A stretch of 59,981 bases of DNA, counting the filler, from Fonticula-like sp. SCN 57-25 (lineage: Eukaryota), in the NCBI GenBank assembly GCA_001724245.1. It is 6 parts of 6 records of this genome, joined end to end, with 100 filler letters (N's around TTAATTAATTAA, not from the genome) between each part and the next. Parts side by side here need not be neighbours in the genome. Positions count along the whole stretch, not along the records: positions 20,583 to 29,242 come from MEDX01000295.1; positions 29,343 to 42,586 come from MEDX01000296.1; 4 more parts are not named here. One strand, given 5' to 3'. Shown here piece by piece: positions 25,729 through 35,672 of this stretch. Position 1 is the first letter of the stretch. Each line of letters starts with the position of its first letter. The notes under the pieces are model-generated. The model was given only the letters and a program-made list of their open reading frames with translations. It had not been told where the DNA came from and did no database searches. A program made the translations under genes and the position numbers.

Positions 25729-28700
25729 ATGGAACACAACACATCAGATTTCGATACGCTCCTATCTTCGTGCGACGCCAACTCGCTCGAATTAGCCACT
25801 CCAATTTTATACGACGTGAATGGAGAGCGCTTCACGGAGTACCCCGACGGCGTGGACGCATTCTTCAAGGTCGATCAGCGCGGCAGGCAGACGCCGAGTG
25901 CCAAACCCCCTCCACCGCCACTTCACAAGAGCAGCAGTCAATTGGATGCATTCGGTGAGCTTGAAGCAGAGCTAGAATTGAGTTCCGGGTTTTTGGACGA
26001 CGATAAAATCGAAGATTCCGAATACGAAGGTGAGCAGTCCCTCCCTAAAATAATTGCAAATAATTTGATATAATTGTTTTAGAGATCGTTTTGCTCATAT
26101 TTTCATATTTTCAGAAAACGTGCAATCCGCGACGGCCGCAGAAGTAAAAGAAGAGAAACCCGAACCGGTAAAAGACACTGTCGATATGAGCACCGTACAA
26201 AGCGCAATGGCCGAAATCAACTCGCTGCTCATGGAGTTTGGAGCGGATGATTTGGACATGTACGAATCGCACGCCGAAGTAGAGGCAGTCGCACAGTCCC
26301 CTGGGTTGTCCGACGACGAGGTTTCTGTTCCCGAAGAAAAGCCCAAGCCAAAGCCAAAGAAGCAAGAGGCAACCAAAAATGCACCCAAGAAAAAGAAGGC
26401 GGTCGTCCTTTCCGATGACGAAGAAGATCAAATGGAGGACATTGAGAATGCAGGCGCAGAAGATGTCGAAGAAGCGATCAATCGTCACAGACAAGACGAC
26501 CGTTACGAATCTGCCGCTTCCGAAGACCAAGAGTCATTGGTGGACGTGTCCGAAGAGGACGAGAGCTGCGTCGATTCGGATTCCGAAGAACCTCAAGAAA
26601 GAAAGCGCTTGACAAAGTACAAAGAGACGCACATTATCAGCGACGATGAAGAAGAAGAGGGAAGTGCCCCCGATGCTGAAGTCAAGATTACCAAGATTAA
26701 GACCGTGATCAAGCCCAAGCCCAAGAAGAAAAAGGTCAAAAACCCTTTCATCGACGACGCTGCCGAAGAAGGAAGCTCCGAAGAGAGTGTCGATTGCGAC
26801 GACGATCTGTTGGGTGACGAAGACAAGATTCGCGGTCCCAAAAAATCCAAGGACAAGAAAAAGAAAAAGAAGCGCGCCAAAGGAAGCGACGACGAAGAAG
26901 AGTCGGACGACGGAGAGATACCCGAACACTTGCTCGTCAACGGTTACTACAAGGGTGACGGATTCGTTGTCGACGACGACGTTATCGAAGAGGAGGAAGA
27001 TGGTTCCGAGTCCCAGTCCGAACCGCGCGGTTACTTTAGCCACGCGAGGTTGAACAACAACCCCGACTTGTTCGAGAGAAAGCAAAAGAAGCTGTCCAAG
27101 AAGGAAGAGACTAGAATGCGCGTGGAAAAGAGAAAAGAGAAGATGATGGAGCGCAAGAAGAGTTCCAAACTCGGAAAGGCCATCGACAGCTACAAGGAAA
27201 AACGCAACGGTTCCTCGTCGCTCAACGGCAGCGATGAAGACAAGTACACCGACGTCTCCGATTGGCTCGACAGAGCACCTGGCTCCGAGATTGCCAGGGT
27301 CAGGGAGCACTTCAAAAAGTTCTTCGACGTCAAAGTGGATCAATTGATCGAGATGAGCTACGGACGCAAGTTTGCTCAGCGGTTGAAGGCTTCGAACTTT
27401 ACCATCATCAACGACATGCTCTACAGCATCATCCCCGAGTCGAAGAGACAAAATTGGAACCCCAACGCCGAGTTTTACAGCTCTTTGGTCAAATCTTACG
27501 TGTGGACTCAGTTCCTCATCGTGGCTCAATACTTTGACAAGAGTAACCTTTACAAACTCTACGCCAATCCCAACCAGAGAATGGAATTCGCCGAGAAGAT
27601 GGACAGGAGAGCCTTGTTGAATTGCTTTCCCTGGTGCGAGTGGTACGACATTTTCTGCGCCAAATGGGGCATTTACGAGATGAAAATGTACACTACCCCG
27701 AGTATGACTCCCAAGGACAAACAAAAGGGCATCTCCGCCGGCTCTAGCAACAACAACAACAATGCAACCGCGAGTCCTCGTAGCAACGAGAGTAAATTCG
27801 ACTACGCTTATCTGCAATCCCTTTCGACCAAAGAAAAAGCGACCAGACGCAACAGGAGCGTGTTCGACGGTGCCGATATCGATGCCATGGAAACCGACAA
27901 GGAGAAGCTCGAATACTTGTGCACCTTGTTGTTCAGCGTGTGGGAATTTGATTCGTACACTTTGGACTACAACCAACTCAATTCGTTGCCCGATATTTAC
28001 GTGTGTCCGTTCTCCGGAAAGACGATCAACAAGACTGAGCAAGATAAGAAGGAAGGTGCCATCGTCTACGTCTTGTTCTTTACCAACAGGAGAGAGTTTG
28101 TCTTCATGACCAAGCCCACGTTCAACCTTTACAACTCGCCCTTTATGCGTGTGGCAACGATTCTCATTCAGAAACTGTCGCTCAAGAACGCTTACACGGG
28201 TGAATCGAGAACGGTGAAAGTTGAAAAGATCAAAGAAGAGCCCCGAGAATCACAGACGCAAGGAACCAAGCGCATAGCTTCGATGATGTCCAGTATGGTC
28301 GAAAGAGCCGTCAAAAAGCAAAAGATGACCAAGGTTTACATCAAAGAAGAAGGCATGGAAATGATGATAGATGCCAATAGCGCACTCTTCGAAGACATTG
28401 TTCAGGCGTTGAAGAAGAATTTTAAAAGCATATCGCAGAGGGCTTCCGGGTTGAAAAAACATTGGAATGCACTACCCGACTTTGTCGCCGTTCATACCAG
28501 CGACGAAGCGCTCAACGGAGCCGTCGAGCAATTGGTAGTATTATTGGAAAGCGACCTCAATGCTCCTTCCGTTATTCTCAAGGTCTTCGAGGCGTTTTTG
28601 AAAGAATCCATTCCCGAAGAGTTTGCGAAAGAAGCGGTCATCGAAAGAGTCTACAAGGGTGCTAGTTTCAACGAAGTCAGCGGCAAAAAGATGGTCACCG

Positions 28701-28852
28701 TTTATTTTGCCATCGAGAAGATGCAGCAAGCCTTGCGTGAAGACCCCGATTACAAAGAGGCCAAGTTTTCTTACAAGGACGCCGAAGATTTGTACGCAAA
28801 GTACCCTTCCATCTTTCCTTTGTTGTATTTTATTTTCAATTTCAAGTGTTAA
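25729..28852 (+). CDS. About 1012-aa protein from two exons (25729-26029, 26115-28852): acidic/Lys-rich disordered N-half and globular C-half
   Basis: The 130-aa and 910-aa ORFs join in frame through a phase-1 GTGAG...TTTTCAG intron (G|AA = Glu). The 910-aa ORF starts at GTG, and its first in-frame ATG is at 26186. Confidence 0.75.
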
Positions 28853-28973
28853 AAGACCGCGAGAACAATAAACCGAAACATTTTAAGGTATTCTGAAAAT
28901 CCTGTCCGACAGAGGCGAGGGAAAAAAAACCCCTCCTGTTCAGTTCTTTTATTTTTCTATTTCACTCGAAGCG

Positions 28974-29242
28974 ATGGACAACAACAGGACTCACATTGCT
29001 CGCGACAGAGAGACACCGCGTTTGGTGAACGAGATCAACAAGCACAACATTAAACAGAGGCAACACGGAGAAATTACCGAATACAACGTCGCTTCTGCCA
29101 CCGCTCTGTTCGGCAAGAATTCCGTAATGTCCATGGTCGGAGGGAAGATTGACACCGGCGTCACGCAAGCGTCCGTGGAGAATTTTTTGAGCTTTACGGC
29201 CCCCGTGATACCGCACGAGTGGTCCACCGATAGGGTCTTGGA
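28974..29242 (+). CDS. Truncated viral ORF, possible N-terminus of a mirusvirus HK97-fold major capsid protein
   Basis: EYNVASATALFGKN...KIDTGVTQ...NFLSFTAPVIPHEWSTD. The pattern resembles, from memory only, mirusvirus MCP N-termini. It runs into the contig end. Confidence 0.4.
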
Positions 29243-29342
29243 NNNNNNNNNNNNNNNNNNNNNNNNNNNNNNNNNNNNNNNNNNNNTTAATTAATTAANN
29301 NNNNNNNNNNNNNNNNNNNNNNNNNNNNNNNNNNNNNNNNNN
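29243..29342. other. Artificial contig linker
   Basis: Same 100-nt spacer. Confidence 0.98.
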
Positions 29343-31435
29343 TAAGTAACGCGCAAGAAAAACAACAGAAAAGGTAGAATAATCAAAAGTTTAACAGCAC
29401 AAATCATTGATAAACATTATAAATATCAATACAAAAACAAAGAAAAGTTGTCATAATCAAACACATAAACCAAATATAATCGTCGACAAGATCACTATAT
29501 AAACACAAAATTCAGTACACTTTTTTCCAACGTACATCATCCTTGACCGCAAAAACGAGCAAATCATTAAACAGCAACAACTGATACGGCTTCTTTGGCG
29601 TCATCAAACACGCCGGCCCCTCCTTAATAAGCGTGCGCGTCGGCGACGCCAAGCTCTGCAAACCCGAAATATTCCGAATCCGACAACTTTTTCATGCTCT
29701 CCGTCTCCATGAGGCCGCGGTTGACGAGGTCGCCGAGCTCTTGGGCGCGCAAGAGGGCCTCGCGAAGTGGGTTAATGTCGGCGTGGGAGGCGTCGGTCTT
29801 GTCGACGAGCTCGCGGAAGAGGAGCATGTAGCGGGGGATGCGCTGGACGGGGGTGATGAGGAGGGCGTTGAGGCGAAGGCCGCCGCAGCGGGGGTTGGCA
29901 AAGGCAGACTAGAAGAAGAATTAGTGGAGAAAATGAGGGAAAAGTGGAGAAAATGGAAGGAAATCAATACAAAAGGGGGTAAAAAGGACTGGAAATGACA
30001 CAAAATGACGCAAAAAGTATCAAAAATGCATCAAAATGACCACGTCAAAGACAACCAAATTACACACGCAGCCATGTACACATTCACTTTATGTCAATCA
30101 TACCACACTATAGTCACTTTTTACCAATTATTTACCCACTATTTCCCTATCATTTCCCACTACGCACGTCCAAAAAATCCTTAAACTCCTTTTTCTTCTT
30201 CTCCAGCTTTACGAGCTCCGCCAGCGCATTATTAAAGTTATTGCAATACGGCTGGTACAGCGCCGGGAACCGCGGGCAGTACTCCAGAAACAGCCCGCCA
30301 ATCACCTGGTCATTCGGGTTAGGCGAGTCCCACGTGGCCAGCTGCTCCTGCAGCGCAGTCAAAAAGGACGCGTTAAAGTCGCGCAGCATCTCGACGTTGC
30401 CAAAGATGGCGTTGATTTCCTTTTCGGTGAGAATGTCGCCGCTCTGGCGCAGCGGCGCGAGGAAAACTGCAATGACAGTGTCGAGCGCCGAAACAAACGT
30501 CGCCTCGGTCTGGAGCAGCTCGTAGGCGATGCGGTAGCGCGGGTCGTCGGGCATGGCAGGCTGCGGGATCTTGCGGGGGCCGCCGGGGTCGGCAGCGGCG
30601 GGCGACTGGGGGGAGGCGCTCATGGGGCCGCCGACCACGACGGAAATTGGGCGCGCGTCGCGGCGCTTGAGCGTGTCGCGCGTCGACTCGCGGCGGAAAA
30701 GGCCGCCGCTGCTGCTGCTGCTCACGCTCGTCGTGCTGCTCGTGCTGGTGCGGCGCACGATGCTGGGGGCGGCGGAGGAAAAGGTGGGCTGCGCGGGCGC
30801 GGCGGACGGCGCGGACGACGCGTTCGCGCCGGAGAATTGGCGGCGCGGGACGGCGAGGCGCGGCGCGACAGTCACGCCGTCAGATGACGACGACATCGGG
30901 ATGGCCGACTCGACAGAGGGACTCGCCAGCGAATGGTCCGTCGAGGGATCGGAATCGGACGCGGTCGCCGCGGAAGAGGGGAAGGCGCGCGGGCGCGGCG
31001 GAAGGAGAGGAAGAGGTTCGACGTCGGCCGAGGGATCAGAAGGATCCTCGAGCGACATGGCGGCAAGATTGGGTTCAGGGAGAAGAGGGAGAGCCTCCAC
31101 TGGATCCGCGTAGGAAGGAGATGTGGGGAAAGAAGAGGAAGTCAAGGAAGAAGGGTCCGCTGAGGCGGAAAAGTCGTCGCCAGCAGAAGGCTGAGGAGTC
31201 GTAGCTACGCCGCGGCGGCGAAAGTGGCTGGCGAGCAAAGCAGGATTAGCAAAACGTCATCGGCATCGGGGGATTAAAGGTAGGGGAAAACACACCGAGA
31301 TGTCTTGCGAAGCGGCTCGCCCTGCTCGGCGCTCGCGTCCGGAAGAGACGACATGTCAAGCAAGGGGAGAGGCTCCACCGTCATCGCGTCTTGCGCGACG
31401 GCAACGTCGGACAGAGCGGCAGGATCCTCCTCCAT
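29343..31435 (-). CDS. Dbl-family RhoGEF (DH-PH), probably 3' truncated
   Basis: RYRIAYELLQTEATFVSAL, IFGNVEML and LLITPVQRIPRYMLL (DH). RTLIKEG...LLLFNDLLVF (PH). Ser/Pro-rich N-terminus. Confidence 0.9.
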
Positions 31436-31466
31436 CTCCCCCACAGGCGCAAAAGCGGTCAACAAT

Positions 31467-31480
31467 GGTCACGTGATTTG
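31467..31480. promoter_or_regulatory. E-box GGTCACGTGATTTG upstream of RhoGEF
   Basis: The same extended motif GTCACGTGATTT(G) lies near gene starts at 43036, 45952 (reverse) and 46728 (reverse). Confidence 0.55.
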
Positions 31481-32141
31481 GACTTTTGGGTTGGTCTGAC
31501 GCGATTGGTCGAAATGGTCTGAAGCGAGTTCCTGATTGGATGAATAATGTAATTTTCGGTACGAATTGGCCGCGACATTCAATCATATAACAAGTCGCTC
31601 AATAATGGGTTTAAAGTAGCGCCACTTTTGACACACATATGTCAGAGGCTCCTTCATAGGATGAATATTTTGAAATTTGAATATCTCCACCTTTTTTAGG
31701 GCAATTTTAAATAGTAGCAATTTGAGATCAATATGGTCAGTTGCATGCATCACCTCCTGGCATACTTGATAAATGTGCAAAATTCCCCTATTTAACGTCC
31801 TTTTTGAGAACGACAAAAAACGACACTTCATCTCATCACATATGCTCTCTGTCCTTATATAAAGCTCAATCTTTAATGGCGTCGTTATCAGACACGAAAT
31901 GGGCCTTCTATCAAGCGCCAAAGTCGACGTCCGACAGCGTCAACAGATAAAGAAACCAAAATATATCTCCTATAGTAGAGCTGTGGCATCATCCACGTGG
32001 ACATAAAGTGACCATGTTCATGATATTTTCATTATTTTCATGTCTTTCCTTCTGTTTGTTCGTTCCCGAAACATAACCAAATGCACAAGCGATCTGTATT
32101 TGAACTGAATATATATATACGTCATTCACGCCTTCCTCTAC

Positions 32142-33420
32142 TTACATCTGCATCTGACTGGCAATCTGCTGCTGCAGGCGCTGCACCTCTGCCGGCGGCT
32201 GCAGCAGCATCCTCGAAAACTCTGTGAGATCAGCGACACCGCGCACCTCCTTTGTGCGCATCGGCAGCATCACCAGGTGAAAGTCTTCGTACAGCTCGGC
32301 CATCTGGTCAACGTACTTGCGCTGCATGCGCTCGCGAGCGTGGCAGTAGTCGCACGTCGAACCTAGAGAAACGCCAAGCGCAGCAACGCACGTGTCAGCA
32401 TGAAAAAGAGAATCACAAGATGATGCGCACCGGGATCAGGGAGGACGAGCTGGTTGACGACGACGTTCCTGACGTCAATGTTGAGCCGCGTGAGCTCCTG
32501 AATGAGACGCTCCGTCTCGTAAAGCGAGAGGAACTCTGCGATGCAGACGCCGACAAAGGTCGTCTTGTGCGGGTCGCTGAACTCGGCCTTGATCGCCGCC
32601 ATGCGCTCCTGCACCTGGTTCATCTGGCCAAAGTCGGCGCCCTGCATGCCAAACATGCCGGCCATCTGCTGGATGAGCGGGCCGAGCGAGCCGCGGAGGC
32701 CGGCGAGACGGCCGTAGGTTTTTTCAAAGAGGCCGGGGAGGGAAAGGAAGCGCAGCATGTGGCCGGTGGGGGGGGTGTCAAAGACAACGACAGAAAACTG
32801 GGAAGAGTTGACCAAACTGAAGAGTTAAGCAGCAAGGGAAGAGAAAGAAAAAGGAACAGGAAAGGCGCAGATGGTGAGTGCGTTGAGCGGCGGCGGGATG
32901 CGCAAATGACGTACTTCATCACTTCGAGCATGCCCATGGCCTCGTCCATGCCGGGCATGCTTCCGCCGACCTCGCGAATGAGGCCCTTCAGGTCGCCAAA
33001 GGGGGAGGCGCCGGCGTCGCCGCCTTCCGCAGTGAGCTCCTCGGGGATCTCAAACTGGGGATCCACTTCCTAGAATTTCGCAGGTCAGCATGCAGGGGCG
33101 CGCGATCGGGAGGGAAAGGGCACGTGCCATCGCGTAGAGATTTGTAAAGCCATTCACGAGTGAAGGGACCTTTGAGAACTGCTGGTTGAAGGCATCGCTG
33201 AGGTTGTGTGCGGGATCCGTGGAGATGAGCAGCACAGACTCGCGCGCAGCGGCAAGCTGGATCGCGAGCGAAGAACTGATGCGTGTGTGAGCGATAGAAG
33301 ATAGACAAAGGCACAAGCGCACCTCGTGGTCGTCTTGCCCACGCCGCCCTTGCCGCCAACAAACACCCACTTGAGGGATGTCTGCTCAAGGATGTTCTTG
33401 AGCGTCGGTGCAGTCTCCAT
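32142..33420 (-). CDS. GET3: ATPase GET3/ASNA1 (tail-anchored protein targeting)
   Basis: [43 protein letters not shown] and [19 protein letters not shown]. Confidence 0.95.
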
Positions 33421-33682
33421 CGCTGACGCTGGTGATCCGAAAATCGTCTCAATGAAACGGTGACTGAGCAAACTTTGAAAGGGAAGCCTGAGGGAAGCTT
33501 TAAGAATCCAAATCGGGTACTTGAGACGAAATGCAGTGTACGAATGCGCTGTGCATGCATCGGGGCGGGAAATCAAGTCGAAAATCACTTTTTATGCCAA
33601 GAAAAGGGACTGAACAGAATAGAGGAAACATTGGAACAGAAAGAAAAATGCCTCAACCAACCAAAGAAAAGCCACTTTCGTT

Positions 33683-35281
33683 TTACAATTGGAATACGTG
33701 GTCGCATCCATCGACATTTTGACTCAACTTTGGCGTTTCGCTGTCTTCCCTGAGGACGGACCACTCGTACCACATGATGTGCTGCTGCTGCTGCTGCTGC
33801 TGCTGCGCGCTGCCGTCCTGCAACGTCGCATCTGCCGTCGTCATATCCATTTCAATTCCCGCAGGCGCCTTTTGGATCATCGCCATCTCCTCCTTGTAGA
33901 TGCGCTCGACGGCGACATGCAGGACATGCTGCCCCGTGATCTTGTCCAGCGGCAAGCTCGAGATCGCCACGGGAACACTCCACGGGAAAAAGAACGCCTC
34001 CCAGTGAAAGCAGTTGCGCTGCAGTGACGAGTGCCGCGAGTCGAGAAAGATGTCGCCGTACAGCTTGACGGTAAAGTACCCGGCAAGGCCGTGAATATAC
34101 GCAGAGGCTGCAAAAAGACACGCAAAAAGCAACAAAATACGCGTTTGGTCAGCAAAATAGCGACAAAAAAAACGCAAAACGGACCATCTTTCGACAATTT
34201 TTGCCTCTTTGCTAGCGATTCGTCCATAAAGGGATCTTTTGGGACGTCGTCTGCGCCCTTGATGGTAAATGTGGCGCGTCCCGCGTACCTCCGCTCGGGC
34301 TGCGTGCACACGCCGCGGTAAAGGTGCATCGGCTCTGCCAAAAAGTCGACGCCTGTCCTGTCAATTACGTGACACCTTGTCGATGCGATCGACGATGGCA
34401 GCTCCTTTGCCTGAAGTCTCTTCTCCGCTTTCGAGTGCAGCAGCAGGCTCATCGCCGTCGGCGCCTGCTTCAGCTGCAGCAGCGTCACGTACGCGTACGT
34501 CTCGGGGCAGCTCACCGGCGCGACGTACGTGCTCCACTCCTTGGGGATCACGACGCCCGTGCGAGCGCGCGCAAAGTAGCGGAACAGTACGGAAGAGATC
34601 TCGGGCAAAAACTCGTTGTCGCCAAAGCTGCCGATGATCTCGAGAAGAACAAGATCGCAGCCGCCAGCGATGGCAGAAAGGCCGGCGGGGAGGTCAGACA
34701 CAAGTGTAGAGGGGAGGATCGCATACGTATCATGTACCGTCACATTACCAACACCGGTAAAGCTGCGCATCGAGGCAGGTAAGCCAATGACCATGCGTGC
34801 GCAAACAGCACGTACCGAGCGTTCAACTGTTCCGTCGCGGTTTCATTCGCGTCAAAAGCATGAACTTCCAATGTGATGCCAAGCTGCATGGCGGCATCGA
34901 GCGCGACCATTATCAACCTGCAGCAGCATGTCAGACAGACCGTTCGGGATGGCGCAAGCAATGGGTGTCGTACCGCCCGAATCCGGCGCCGGCCACGAGG
35001 ACGCGCAGCTGCTGCGGCTTCACGCCGTCCTCCAGCGCGCGCTTCTTCGAGATGTCGTCCAGTGCGTTGCGGACGGCAGTAAGGTAGAGCAGGTGCGTCG
35101 CCTCATCGCGATCCATCATTTCGTAATCCTCGCGCGTGTACATGGCCTCGAGAGGGCTCGTCGCGACAGAGGGAGGAAGCATTCCGAAATCGGCCACTTC
35201 GCGCGCGGCCGTCTGTGCGCAGAGCGCACTCGCCTGCGCAAGGATGCGCGCGGAATCTTCCGCAGAGCTGTGTTGATCCAT
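33683..35281 (-). CDS. Divergent PRMT5-like arginine methyltransferase lacking the TIM-barrel domain
   Basis: VLVAGAGFG (motif I), LEIIGSFGDNEFLPE (double-E loop), IHGLAGYF..KLYGDI, FHWEAFFFP and WYEWSV. A CAG/polyQ run lies near the C-terminus. Confidence 0.8.
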
Positions 35282-35672
35282 CGCTTGTCAACGGCTCGAC
35301 GTGCGCGCCACACAGGGGGGAGTACGTTACAAACCGACTTGATCGAATCCGACCGACAGCATGGAAAAATTGTGGGCCATATGCCATATGCAATTTTTCA
35401 TGTCGCGCTGTATAAACTGCAATGCAACGTGGACGGAGCATTTTGGCACTGTGCAGGGCTAGCAAGAGACTTTTTTTACCAAGGTTCTGTGGGGCTACGG
35501 TGTTCCCTATGCATTTCTCTATTTCGATTATAGTAAAAATCGCATGCGATTTTCCCTATGATAACGAACTTGGCGTCGCACTTTGCGTGCTTTCAATCGT
35601 CAGCTCAGCTCACCGTCGGAGGTCGCGAAGGGGGTGCTCGATCGGCCCGCTAAGCCTGCCTTTCTGCTGCGG

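Larger units (their letters stand above)
20583..29242. mobile_element. Putative large eukaryotic DNA virus fragment (mirusvirus-like), free or endogenous
   Basis: Composition and codon style differ from the host contigs. ORFs are long and nearly intron-free with no recognisable housekeeping gene. Intergenic regions are short and AT-rich. Gene types are virus-like. Confidence 0.7.
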
